A DNA stretch of 64,000 nucleotides from Chiloscyllium plagiosum (GCF_004010195.1 NC_057718.1:89693497-89757496), one strand, 5' to 3'. Positions 12,350-24,892 are shown, counted from the stretch's first letter. Notes: generated by a model not told the origin, from the letters alone. Program-made: numbers and translations.

Positions 12350-12660
12350 TAGATTAGATTCCCTACACTGTGGAAACAGGCCCATCAGCTCAACAAGTCC
12401 ACATCGACCCTCTAAAGAGTAACCTACCCAGACCCATCTCCCTCTGACTAATGCACATAACACTATGGGCAATTTAGCATGGCCAATTCACTTAACCTGC
12501 ACTTCTTTTGGACTGTGGGAGGAAACCAGAGCACCCAGAGGAAACCCACGTAAACACAGGGAGAATGTGCAAACTCCCCACACAGACAGTCACCCGAGGT
12601 GGGAATTGAACCCGGGTCCCTGGCACTATGAGGCAGCAGAGCTGACCACTGAGTCACCCG
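12350..12660 (-). mobile_element. HE1-like V-SINE
   Basis: A box tgactcagtgg, B box ggttcaattcc, V-domain, (aatct)n tail. Confidence 0.9.
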
Positions 12661-13187
12661 ACAGGTGAATATTGAAGTGTCCCAGGATACCTGATGCCTG
12701 CAAGTTGCTGTTGTCAAACATTTTCCTCCTCCCCAGCCTTGTGGACGAACCAACATCAAGGTGTGTAGATTTACCGAGGATATAAAGAGAGCAGTTGATA
12801 GCTCCTTACCTTGGCCAAGTGAGAATTGATCCACTTTGTGAAAGTTCTCTTCTGTACAGCTTCCTGCTCATCTGTAAGACATTGACGGATCAGTTGTGAG
12901 AAATACGAGAAGGGGGATCATGAACATTGCTGCACACTAACAAAGAAGTACCTTTAAGCTAGCACTTGTTTGCAAATTTTTGTAACCAGCTAATGGCTAC
13001 ATGAGTAAACCACATTGCAAAGTAGGAGCCAGAACTAGAATGACATTTGTGTGTGGTGGAAGACTTAGAGACAGGGAGCCTGGATGCCAACTGCCTCCTG
13101 CAATAGTCAGTGTAAGGATGTGAGAGCTCCCAGTGAAGGGAATCAAGATGGTCTCTCTTCCAAGTTCCCTGTACCCAGAGTAATTTA

Positions 13188-13375
13188 GAGCCATAGAGGT
13201 ATACAGCACGGAAACAGATTCTTTGGTCCAATTTGTCCATGCGGATCAGATATCCCAACCCAATCTAGCCCCATTTGCCAGCACTTGGCCCATATCCCTC
13301 CAAACCCTTCCTATTCATACACCCATCCAGGTGTCTTTGAAATGTGGCAATTGTACCAGCCTCCACCACTTCCTG
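13188..13375 (-). mobile_element. CR1 3' UTR fragment
   Basis: Matches the 3' end of the other CR1 copies. Confidence 0.85.
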
Positions 13376-14166
13376 TGGCCTCCATCATCTGCCAACACAG
13401 CTTTAGGGAGATTTGCTGAACGGTCTCCCACCATGGAAATTAATGGGAATGAGAATCAGACTAATGGGCAGCCCATGCACATTGCCATTGTAGCGATTGC
13501 AGGGACTGAGGGCAGACATGCCATTTTTCAGTTCAGTTACTACACACAGACTCCATCTACCTCCTCGGTCAGTTGACAAAGATTCCACGGTGTGACATTT
13601 TTGAACAGCTAACAGGAGTTATCCCCAGGACGCTCGTCAATGTCTGTCCCTTAGCCACCAACTTAACTGGCCATTTGTAAAATTTGTGGGATCTTGGTAT
13701 GCTACCATCTTCACCCACAAAATAATCGCGACTACATTTCCAAATGTAATTAGTGGTTTAATAAGTAATTCGGGAGTGCACACCAAGGTGTAGTGGTAAT
13801 ATACAAGCAAGAATATCTTATTTTATCTATCTTCACAGAACACAATAGAAGAGAAAGACTTTACCCTCCTCTTTTGTTAGAATGCAGCAGAATTAAAATC
13901 AAAATAAACAAAGAACTCCATATTACAATGTTTTTGTTTGTCTCTGTCAGCGCTGGCTGGTTAGCATGCATTTGTACTTCAGAGAATTCAGACAAAGAAT
14001 TCGTGCAGAGCAAGTTAAATTCAGCGAACTAATTAGCATTAACAAAAATATAACCAGACAACAGGTCAGTCAGTACCTGTAAGGGGACAAGTGAGTTTAA
14101 TGTTAATTGTTTCAAGCAGAGACTCATTTTAACACAGGTCTCCAACCTGTCCATTTCTATTCACAG

Positions 14167-14398
14167 CTGGAAATGTGTTGCTGGAAAAGCGCAGCAGGTC
14201 AGGCAGCATCCAGGGAACAGGAGAATCGACGTTTCGGGCATAAGCCCTTCTTCAGGAAAGAAGCCATTCCTGAAGAAGGGCTTATGCCCGAAACGTCGAT
14301 TCTCCTGTTCCCTGGATGCTGCCTGACCTGCTGCGCTTTTCCAGCAACACATTTCCAGCTCTGATCTCCAGCATCTGCAGACCTCACTTTCTCCTCAA
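14167..14398. mobile_element. Young PLE family A fold-back insertion with hammerhead cores on both strands
   Basis: Perfect 94-bp inverted arms 14165-14258 and 14267-14360; 16-bp TSD ccatttctattcacag. Confidence 0.9.
14266..14301 (+). ncRNA. Minimal type I hammerhead ribozyme motif (PLE type; mirrored on the minus strand at about 14224-14258)
   Basis: CTGAAGA(14270)-A-GGGC-ttat-GCCC-GAAA-CGTC; ACGT palindrome in place of stem III; activity untested. Confidence 0.7.
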
Positions 14399-14579
14399 CC
14401 ATTTCTATTCACAGTCATGCTGAACCTGTCACGGATTTCTGCCAGGTTTTGTTTCAATCGCTGATTTTATTCCAGTGCATATTTTTCCCCTCTCGAGATT
14501 TATAAATCACAGCTGCTGTTCGCATGTGAAATGTTAACACTGCAAATTCCAAATCAAACTACCACTGTATTAACTGTTG

Positions 14580-15020
14580 CTCTTTTAAAATTCACTCAGG
14601 AAACATGAGCATCGGCGGCTGGGCCCAGCATTTATTGCCCATCCCCAGTTGCCCTTCAGAAGGTATGGGTGAGCTGTCTTCTTGAACGTCTGCAGTCCAC
14701 GTGTTGTGGGTTGACCCACAATGCCCTTCGGGAGGGAATTCCAGGAGTTTGACACAACAACAGTGAAGGAATGGCGATATATTTCTGTCAGGATGGTGAG
14801 TGGCCTGGGGAGAGACTTGCAGGGGATGGTGTTCCCATTGATCTACTGCCCTTGTCCTTCGAGCTGGAAGAAGTGATGGATTTGGAAGGTGCTCTCTTGA
14901 GGATCTTTGGTGAATTTCTCCAGTGCATCTTGCAGATAGTGCACACTGCCGCTACCGAGCATCAGCGGTGAAAGGCAATCAAGCAGTGCACTTTGTCCTG
15001 GATGGTGTCAAGCTTCTTGA
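14580..15020 (-). mobile_element. Second CR1/L2-group LINE 3' end
   Basis: Homologous to 40720-41150. Confidence 0.8.
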
Positions 15021-17315
15021 GTTATAAGGAGAGGCTAGATAGGCTGGGACTTTGTTCACTGGAGTGTAGGAGGTTGAGACTGACCTTATAGAGATTTATA
15101 AAATCATCAGGGGTATGCATAATGTGAATAGCATGTGTCTTTTCCCTAGGAGTCATATAGGTGTACAGCTTGGAAACAGACCCTTCGGTCCAACCCATCC
15201 ATGCCGACCAGATATCCTAACCTAATCTAGTCCCACCTGCCAGCACCTGGCCCATATCCCTCAAAACCCTTCCTATTCATATACCCATTCAAATGCCACT
15301 TAAATGTTGCAATTGTACCAGCCTCCACCACTTCCTCTGGCAGCTCATTCCATATACGTACCACCCTCTGTGATTTGGATGTGAACATTGGAGGTATAGT
15401 TAGTAAGTTTGCAGATGACACCAAAATTGGAGGTGTAGTGGACAACAAAGAAGGTTACCTCAGAGTACAATGGGACCTTGATCACATGGGCCAATAGGCT
15501 GAGAAGTGGCAGATGGAGTTTAATTTAGATAAATGAGAGATGCTGCATTTTGGAAAGGCAAATCAGGGCAGGACCTATACATAAGGTCCAGGGGAATGTT
15601 GCTGAACAAAGAGACCTTGGACTGCAGGTTCATAGCTCCTTGAGAGTAGAGTCGCAGGTAGATAGGATAATGAAGAAGGTATGCTTTACTTACTTTTTGT
15701 CATTTACATAAATGATTTGGATGTGAGCATAAGAGGTACAGTTAGTAAGTTTGCAGATGACACCAAAATTGGAGGTGTAGTGGACATCAAAGAGGGTTAC
15801 CTCAGATTACAACAGGATCTGGACCAGATGGGCCAATGGGCTGAGAAGTGGCAGATGGAGTTTAATTCAGATAAATGCCAGGTGCTGCATTTTGGGAAAG
15901 CAGCACTACACTTAATGGTAAGGTCAGAGGGAGTGTTGCTGAACAAAGAGACTTCTACACTTAATGGTAAGGTCAGAGGGAGTGTTGCTGAACAAAGAGA
16001 CCTTGAAGTGCAGGTTCATAGCTCCTTGAAAGTGGAGTTTCAGGTAGATAGGATAGTGAAGAAGGTGTTTGGTATGGTTTCCTTTATTGGTCAGAGTATT
16101 GAGTACAGAAGCTGAGAGGTCATGTTGCGACTGTACAGGACACTGGTTAGGCCACTGTTGGAATATTGCAAGCAATTCTGGTCTCCTTCCTATCGGAAAG
16201 ATGTTGTGAAACTTGAAAGAGTTCAGAAAAGATCTATAAGGATGTTGCCAGGGTTGGATGATTTGAGCTATAGGGAGAGGCTGAACAGGCTGGGGCTGTT
16301 TTCCCTGGAGCATCGGAGGCTGAGGGGTGACCTTATAGAGGTTTACAAAATTAGGAGGGCTTGGATAGGGTAAATAGACAAAGTCTTTTCCCTGGGATTG
16401 GGGAGTCCAGAACTAGAGGGCATAGGTTTAGGGTGAGAGGGGAAAGATATAAAAGAGATCTAAGGGGCAATTTTTTCACACAGAGGATGATATGGGTATG
16501 GAATGAGCTGCTAGAGGAAGTGGTGGAGGCTGGTACAATTGCAACATTTAAGAGGCATTTGGATGGGTATATGAATAGGAAGGGTTTGGAGGGATATGGG
16601 CCGGGTGCTGGCAGGTGAGACTAGATTGGGTTGGGATATCTGGTTGGCATGGACAGGTTGGACCGAAGGGTCTGTTTCCATGCTGTACATCTCTATGACT
16701 CTATGGTCAGAGCATTGAGTACAGGAGTTGGGAGGTCATGTTGCGGCTGTACAGGACATTGGTTAGGCCACTGTTGGAGCACCGCATTCAATACTGATCT
16801 CCCTGCTATAGGAAAGACATTGTGAAAGTTGAAAGGGTGGCAGAAAAGATTTACAAGGATGTTGCCTGGGTTGGAGGATTTGAACTACAGGGGGAGGCTG
16901 AAGAGGCTGGGGCTGTTTTCCCTGGAGCGTCGGAGGCTGAGGGGTAACTTTATAGGGGTTTATAAAATCATGAAGGGCATGGATAGAGTGAATAGCCAAG
17001 GAAGTCCAAAACTAGAGGGCATAGGTTAAGGGTGAGAGGGGAAAGATTTAAAAAGGTCCTGAACGGCAACATTTTCACTCAGAGGGTGGTGCATGTATGG
17101 AATGAGCTGCCAGAGGAAGTGGTGGAGATTGGTACAATTGCAAAATTGAAAAGACATCCAAATGGGTACACAAATAGGAAGGGTTTAGAGGTTTATGGGC
17201 CAAATGAAAGCCAATGGGACTAGGTTAATTTAGGGTATCTGGTCGACATGGACAAGTTGGAGCGAAGGTTCTGTTTCTGTTCTGTACGTCTCTAAGACTC
17301 TATGTCAATGATTCT
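15015..17315 (+). mobile_element. Cluster of CR1 fragments (mostly +; 15151-15370 on -)
   Basis: Two YINDLD/KFADDTKIGG starts; three 3' ends; internal 49-bp tandem duplication 15906-16001. Confidence 0.92.
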
Positions 17316-17517
17316 ATGTGAGCTCTACACTCTTGTGAATGAACAAGAGCAGGCTGAATTGAACATAACTGTATAGAGAGAGTCATAAGACAAGACACCT
17401 TCTCTGGATCCCTATGGAACCAGGCTGCAGTCCCATGTGATTTCATACCACCAGGACTTAGCTCTCCTACTCTCACTAATGATACCTGAAGAAACGGTAT
17501 AATTCTCCTTACAGTCA

Positions 17518-17892
17518 TGGGTTCAAATCCTACTCCAGAGCAAAGAGCCTATAATCCAGGCTGATACTCCAGTGTAAGTACTGAGGGAGCACTGCATTGT
17601 GGGAGGTGCTGTCCGTCATTCAAGGTGCGAAACCAAGCTACGTGCCACGCTCTAAGGTGGATGTTGGCAATCCTGTGCCGCTCTCAGAAGTGAGTTATGA
17701 TGTCCGGGTCAACAAGAATTCTTCAACCAATATCTAAAAGAGGTATTTAATTGCTGTTCATGGGACCTTATTGTACATATATTGGCTGCCTTCTTTCCTT
17801 ACATTACAACTGGTTGCAATTTAAAGACATATATTGACTGTAAAGTGCTTTGAATGCATAAAAGGTTGTGAATGGTGCTTTATAAATTCAAG
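17518..17892 (+). mobile_element. Deu-domain SINE (SacSINE1-like); further fragments near 7075-7500, 13610, 30800, 37050, 38130 and 56443
   Basis: B box gggttcaaatcc, actgagggagcactgcattgt..ggaggtgctgtc, tail aaagtgctttg..gtgaatggtgctttataaat. Confidence 0.7.
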
Positions 17893-18609
17893 CTGCTCAT
17901 ACACTGCATCCCAAAATAGCATTTTCTGTGAGAAACCTAGCTAATTAGCATTTCAATGAATCAACAATACCCATTTCCAGAATCTCACGAGGAAGTCTGT
18001 TCCATTGGTTGACCACTTGCTCAGAAATCAGCTTCGAGAGTACCCTCTTTTACTTCTTAAAGGTTAATGGGGGTTTCAAAAAAAATTCCAAGTCGAAATG
18101 TCTCCTTAAGTGACAAAAGGAGAAATTAGAGGCATTTGCTACAAAAGATACTGGGAGCAGCAAAAGACTTCCTTTTGGACAGCGTTAGTAAGCGAAAAAT
18201 AAAAAAGCAAGTGATTCCCTTGATAATATAACTGTAAGATGTCAGGAGATAAAAATAACAGGCCCAGAAATAATTCCTGTTACAACGAGCTTTGACTGCG
18301 GAAAGCAGCACTTTTTTTTCCACAGCCTTTTGGAGACTTTTACAAGTTTGGGAAGATGTTAGAGACCGTGAGCTGGTTCTGGTCATTCTGTCAGCTCTGA
18401 CACGAGTAAGATCATTGCAACCACCTTCCAGTCTCCCTGTATCCATAACTACCTGAAAAGATATCAAATGCTGTAGATGTTTATTGCAATACAACATTCA
18501 TCATCTCCCTGATTGATAGCCTCAGCCTGGCGGAAGCTCTCTGACCTCGAGCAGATTTATTCAGATGGTGTGCCCGTTGTGGTGAAGTAACTGGACACTC
18601 AGAAACTAA

Positions 18610-18975
18610 ATGGTTAGCACGACTGCCTCACAGTTGCAGGGACCTGGGTTCGATTCCAGCCTCGGATGACTGTCTGTGTAGAGTTTGCACATTTTCCCTG
18701 TGTCTGCGTGGGTTTCCTCCGGGTGCTCTGGTTTCCTCCCACAGTCCAAAGATGTACAGGTTGGGTGGATTGGCCACACTAAATTGCTTATCGTGTCCAG
18801 GGGTGTGCAGGTTGGGTGGACTGGTCATGCTAAATTACCCACAGCGTACAAGCATGTCAAACCTAGCCATGGGTAATGCGCAAGTATGGGGATAGGATGG
18901 CGGCTTGGGTCTGGACGCTCTTCGGAGGGTCGGTGCAGATCCAATGGGCTGAATGGCCTCACTCTGCACTGGAGG
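18610..18975 (+). mobile_element. HE1-like V-SINE with duplicated internal segment
   Basis: B box ggttcgattcc, V-domain. Confidence 0.9.
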
Positions 18976-19269
18976 GCTTTAATGATGAGAGAAGGTGCCT
19001 CACAAGAGGTTTCTGGCTGTTGTGAAATTTCTTATAATAAAGCAGGGCAGGGTAAAGGTGTTAAAGTAACAATAAACCAGTGAAATCTGAGAATGAACAG
19101 AGAAATGACTAACCGTAGATCTGAAAACAAATCATCGATTGTACTTACAATCTTGTTCCACCTAGAAGGCAGAAATGAGCGTATCAGAGGGGTTTTGCTC
19201 AGGTTCCACTGGGAACATAGCTGATTGCTAAAGCTAGATCTGAGGGTCCTGCTGCAAACTGCCTGGAGA

Positions 19270-19620
19270 CCAAGTAAAGTGTTCAGTGACTGGGGGTACC
19301 ACTCCCTCTGACCACCCATGGGAACACAAGCCAGACTCAGGCTCTCCAGAGAGGCTTTGCCCCTGCAATGGGGGCACCAGACATTCTGGCTACGGGACCA
19401 CACCCCATTCAACTGTGACTGCCTCGATATGATGGGGATGCCTGGCGTATCAGGTTTGAGTGGGTACCTTACTTTCTGATATTTGGCCTTGTCATTCGAA
19501 GTCAGGTGCTCCTGAAGTCAATGTAAGTGAAAGTGGTTGATTCTCTTCGCATGACACTGTTACACAATCCAAGCCTTGACAGCAGATTGGGCAGGACCAT
19601 TGCTCTATAGACTTTCAGTT
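19270..19620 (-). mobile_element. RTE-clade LINE C-terminal fragment, highly decayed
   Basis: Minus translation LKVYRAMVLPNLL..HAKRINHFHL..RQSQL..VARMS..GGQREWY resembles the RTE K.VY.A.VLPTLLY..QLRW.GHV.RM..GGQ.KRY series. Confidence 0.7.
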
Positions 19621-20794
19621 CGATCGAGGCAATAATGATTGCCAAATTTTAGCAGGGTGTGTGTTGACTGATTACCTAGACTACTACTTGACTGTCCTGA
19701 ACTGATTGGCTCGTGAGATCATTTCTGATGGATTTAAGGATCAACCACATTGATGTTGGTCTTCAACTCCAGTTAAAGATAGTCCCCAAAGGACTTCAAA
19801 ACAAAATGGGTTATTAACCCACTCCATTATTCATGAATCGGTGGACTTTCCTATGTGGGTTGTAACAATTCCTAGTTTAGTCATATCCCATAATGTTACC
19901 AGCCTCTGCAAAATATTGGCAGAAGCTGTGACTGAGTAGCAATGAACCACTGGTCAACCATTTTAGCAATAATGACAACAGCAACTTTCCATTTTCAATA
20001 TGTTCATCCATCAAGTCTAAACATTCCAGCTTCCATGTTGGCATTTGTACATATGTCTCTAGATTATCATTCTGTCAAGGTCACATCATTTATCTTTATT
20101 TATTTTTCACTGTGGACTAAAACAGCAAAAGAACTGTTTTTGAAGCCAATAGACTATGTAAGGAATTGCTGCACCTTAAAAACCCAGTTACTGGGACTCA
20201 TTGTGAGCTGTGTTCACACTGCTGCTTTGCAAGGAGTGAGGGAGGAGAGATAAGTGACATACAGTCATAGAGTCATAGAGATGTACAGCATGGAAACAGA
20301 CCCTTCGGTCCAACCCGTCCATGCCGACCAGTACCAGGCTGTGTTGAGTAAGATTTGACCAGCAACAGATTTCTGATTGGTTTGTGCAATCGTGAACAAT
20401 TGTGAATGCCAGAGATCATCAGCCTGACAATCGCGCTCTGATTGGTTCTGGGCAGGTGAACATTTGGTGTGTGTGAACAATACAGAGGCCCAAGGTCTCC
20501 ACACTGGAAGAAGCAGGAGTGAAGTAACTTGAGCCTGGAGACAGACACTTATTTTCTCCCAGCATTTGATAGAAGCTGTTGCCTCACACCAGTCTCTGTG
20601 AAACTAAACAATTAGTGTGCAAATCCCCTCATGTCCATGAATGAATTGAAGGATCCTGGAAGGTATGAGGTCAGAGAACAGAAAGTTTTGGGGAGAAAAA
20701 AGAGGAAAAGCCTTGGACTGGTGCTATTGAACTGTGATTTCCCAGTATCTTTTCCTCCCTCTAGAACACCCAGGGCTTATTTGTTTGTCTGCAA

Positions 20795-21772
20795 TGTGTG
20801 TGTGTGAGCATGTACATGTGTCTGTGAGTGGGTGTGTGTAGGGGTGTATGTGTGTGCATGTATCTGTGAGTGTGTGTGTATGTGTCTGAGTGTGTATGTG
20901 TGTCTGTGCGTGCATACATGTGTCTGTGAGTGTGTGTGTGTGTGCACGTACATGTGTCTGTGAGTGGGTGTGTGTAGGGGTGTATGTGTGTGCATGTATC
21001 TGTGAGTGTGTGTGTGTGTGTGCATGTGTCTGAGTGTGTATGTGTGTCTGTGCGTGCATACATGTGTCTGTGAGTGTGTGTGTGTGTGCACGTACATGTG
21101 TCTGTGAGTGGGTGTGTGTAGGGGTGTATGTGTGTGCATGTATCTGTGAGTGTGTGTGTGTGTGTGCATGTGTCTGAGTGTGTATGTGTGTCTGTGCGTG
21201 CATACATGTGTCTGTGAGTGTGTGTGTGTGTGCACGTACATGTGTCTGTGAGTGGGTGTGTGTAGGGGTGTATGTGTGTGCATGTATCTGTGAGTGTGTG
21301 TGTATGTGTCTGAGTGTGTATGTGTGTCTGTGCGTGCATACATGTGTCTGTGAGTGTGTGTGTGTGTGCACGTACATGTGTCTGTGAGTGGGTGTGTGTA
21401 GGGGTGTACGTGTGTGCATGTGTCTGTGAGTCTGTGTGTGTGTCCATGAGTGTGCATGTGTCTGTGTGTGTGTGTGTGCATGTGTGTACATGTGTCTGTG
21501 AGTGTGTGTGTGCATATGTCTGATTGTGTGTGTGTGTGAGTGCATGTGCGTGCATGTGTGTACATGTGTGTGCATAAGTGCCTGTATGTGCATAAGTGCC
21601 TGTATGTGCACATGTCTCTGTGAGTGTGTGTGCATGCATTAATGCACATGTCTGTGTGTGCGTGTGCATATGTGTCTATGTGTATGCATGTGTCTGTGTG
21701 TGAGTGTGTGTATGTGTGTATGTGTCTGTGCGGATGTGTCTATGCATGTGTGTGTTGTGGTGTGCATGTGTC
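20795..21772. repeat. GT-rich repeat with a 136-144-bp higher-order period
   Basis: tacatgtgtctgtgagtgggtgtgtgtagggg recurs at 20813, 20949, 21093, 21237 and 21373. Confidence 0.95.
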
Positions 21773-21819
21773 TAGGGATTTTAAAGGGGCCTAGAGTTTC
21801 AACAAACAGAGTTATATAG

Positions 21820-22228
21820 GAGAAAGTGAGGACTGCAGATGCTGGAGATCAGAGTCGAGAGTATGGTGCTGGAAAAGCACAGCAGGTCAGGTAGCATCCG
21901 AGGAGCAGGAGAATCAATGTTTTGGGCGAGAGCCCTTCATCAGCAATGAGGCTGTGAGTCGAGGGATATGGAGAGATAAATGGGAGGGGATGGGGCGGGG
22001 GGAAGGTTGCTGGGAATATGGTAGGTAGATGGAGATGGGGGTAATAGTGATAGGTCGGAGAGGAGGGTGGTGTGGAGAGGTGGGTAGGAAGATGGACAGG
22101 TAGAACAGTTCATGAAGGCGGTGTCGAGTTGGAAGGTTGGCACTGGAATACGGTGAGGGGAGGGTAAATGAGGAAACTGGTAAAATCCACATTGATGCTG
22201 TGTGGTTGGAGGGTCCCGAGGTAGAAGC
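21820..22228 (-). mobile_element. PLE family A 3' portion
   Basis: LGTLQPHSINVDFTSFLI GIY-YIG tail, pyrimidine tract, degenerate hammerhead. Confidence 0.85.
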
Positions 22229-23801
22229 TGAGTTGTGTGTTAATCCAATCACAATTCTGTTTACCTGTAGATAGAACATATTTATTTGTAATACTCAGTA
22301 GTTCCTATTAAATACAGGAACCTGGTCAGTTAACCTGAGTTCATCAGACAGATAAGTGGGCACATCAGGAGGAGTGGAGTTCAAGAATCGGTGCACCTTC
22401 CCAATTGTAGCAATTCCTAGTTTAGTCATACACCATAATGCTACCAGCCTTGGCAATATATTGGCAGAAGCCATAACTGAGTAGCAATGAATCAATGGTC
22501 AACAATTCTCTCAATAACAACAACAGCAACCCACCCCTGTGCCTTGGGATGTCTGATTGACACAAAAGAGCAGGTTCACTTTTGACTGTTTTGAGTTGTG
22601 CTCAAGTGCCCAGTGGAGTGGGTAAGTCTAACCCTGACCTTTAATCCTCTTGAGTTTAACTCTCCGTACATGAGACTGAGTGATTTTAATCTTAGAATTC
22701 AGACTCAATGTGAACGGGAGAGTCAGAAAGGTGAACTGACTCAGTCACAGAAACCAGAAGATGCCAGGTCTCTCACATCGAGCTCTGAGCCACCTACTCA
22801 TATGGTGAATGGGTAGAGCGATGTTGAAGACAAGAGTAGACGATTGAAGAGTTGCAGAGGGCTGGTTGGACAGAGCAGGTCATGGACAACTCCATAAGGT
22901 CGGTGGGGCGCGTGGGGCAGTCAAACTTGGCTTTAGCTATCATGCTGAGAAGAGGAACCAGCTGCGAGCTGAGGTTGCTGAGCAATCAAAACTCTTAGGC
23001 CAATGCCCTGTGGACTGTCCCCAAGCCGAATAAGGAAGTGGACATCGAAGGTTCCTGGGAGCAGGGAAGGGGGAACCCGCAAAAGCCCAACCTCAATGGT
23101 GTTGAAAGGTCAAGAAGCTTCTTTGCTCACCCACTGACCTTAATTTCCTTCTTAGTTCCTCCATTCTCTGGAATCAACAACTTGCATTCACATTGCACCT
23201 TCGTAAATCATCCCAAGATGCTTCACAGAAGTATATTCAGAGACCGAGCCACATGAGAAGACAATTGTGCACGAGGGTCATAAGAAAGGAGAGAGATGGC
23301 CTAGTGGTATTACCTAGTGGGGCAGCAATGGCCTAATGGTATGATCATTAAACTGGGGACCTGGGTTCAAATCCCACCATGGCTGATGGCGGAATTTGAA
23401 TTTGATAAAAACTTGGAATTAATTACCATTGCCAGTTATTGGGAAAAAACCCATCTGGTTCACTCATTCCCTTCAGGGAAGGAAATCTGCCACACTTACC
23501 TGGTCTGGCCTACATGTGACTCCAGACCCACAGCGATGTGGTTGACTCTCAACTCCCCTTTATGTGATTAGGAATGGGGTAATATGTGCTGCCCTAGCTG
23601 GTGACACCTACATCTTGTGAATTAATTTTCTAAACAAGTTGGAGACATTTGGACAAGCAAAGAGAAGGAATTTCTCAGCCTGGGGCTGCCTATGGTGAAG
23701 CCATTAAAATATGAGAAATGAAACAGGCCAGAATTAGATGAGTGTTGAAAATGAGGATGCATCAGATGACTGACATAGGGTATAAAGGTGCTTCGAAATG
23801 A

Positions 23802-24110
23802 TTAGAATACAATTCCTACTGTGTGGAAACAGGCCCTTCAGCCCAACAAGTCCACACTGACCCTCTGAAGAGTAATCCACCCAGACCCATTCCCCAACCA
23901 TACATTTAGCCCTGACTAATGCACCTAACATTATGGGCAATTTAGCATGGCCGATTCACCTGACCTGCCCATCTTTGGACTGAGGGAGGAAACCCACGCA
24001 GACACAGGGAAAATGTGCAATCTCCACACAGACACCCAAGGCAGAGATCAAACCCAGGTCCCTGGCACTGTGAGGCAGCAGTGCTAACCACTGAGCTACC
24101 GTGCCACCCA
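23802..24110 (-). mobile_element. HE1-like V-SINE
   Basis: A/B boxes, V-domain, CR1-like tail. Confidence 0.9.
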
Positions 24111-24515
24111 TCTTGAAGATGTGAATTTTAAAATCAAGGCACTCTCAATCCTAGAGCTTTGGTTCAGTAAGCTCAGGGGCAATGATCAAACAGGATTCCA
24201 TGTGAAGTGGGATCGAGACTGCAGATGGGCTGAAGATCTATCTGGAAGAAGACTGATTCCTGACCGACCCTTCGTTTAAAGCAGAAGTAATACTTTGTAG
24301 GTCCAAGGAGCCCCCTGGTCCTGGAACACCATATAAATAGTGCAAGTTCCTAACAAACCCCCCCCCCCCCCCCACAGTGGGGTGAGTTCACGCCAGCAGT
24401 GTAGCCTAGGGCAGAGACAGTCCTGGGACTGTGCTGATGCCTCACAGGGTTTGTGAAAGGTAAATAAAACTGCAAAAGCCTTCTCATGCATTAGTGAGGC
24501 TTCTGTTAGAATCAG

Positions 24516-24604
24516 AATTGAGAGTGTGGTGCTGAAAAAGCACGGCCGGTCAGGCAGTATCCGAGGAGCAGGTGAGTCGACATTTCGGGCATAAGCCCTT
24601 CAAC
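24516..24604 (-). mobile_element. PLE family A short insertion
   Basis: 19-bp TSD aggcttctgttagaatcag at 24497-24515 and 24605-24623. Confidence 0.85.
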
Positions 24605-24644
24605 AGGCTTCTGTTAGAATCAGGAGGGAAGTGGAATACTGCAT

Positions 24645-24892
24645 CCACTGTGCCCAGGAATAAAACACCACTGGGTTCAGTGATAAAACACCACTGTGCC
24701 CAGGAATAAAACACCACTGGGTTCAGTGATAAAACACCACTGGGTTCAGTGATAAAACACCACTGTGCCCAGGAATAAAACACCACTGGGTTCAGTGATA
24801 AAACACCACTGGGTTCAGTGATAAAACACCACTGGGTTCAGTGATAAAACACCACTGGGTTCAGTGATAAAACACCACTGGGTTCAGTGATA
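24645..24892. repeat. 23-bp minisatellite with two unit variants
   Basis: taaaacaccactg-ggttcagtga or -tgcccaggaa, 10 full units. Confidence 0.95.

Larger units (their letters stand above)
20330..22365 (+). mobile_element. LTR-like dispersed repeat, interrupted by a CA expansion and a PLE
   Basis: Colinear similarity to 63150-63800; two ctgattgg (CCAAT) boxes. Confidence 0.5.

Noticed and set aside
14165..14360. pre-miRNA or DNA-transposon MITE
   Set aside because: The arms are a PLE terminus, one arm extends asymmetrically, and the long variable TSDs fit retrotransposition
15681..16618. Active reverse transcriptase gene
   Set aside because: 5'-truncated CR1 with stops, frameshifts and an internal duplication
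20724..21669. ~300 aa His/Thr-rich ORFs
   Set aside because: Translated CA repeat
24645..24892. CRISPR-like array or RAG recombination signals (cactgtg heptamer)
   Set aside because: Units are contiguous with no unique spacers, no cas genes, vertebrate context; no nonamer at 12/23 spacing
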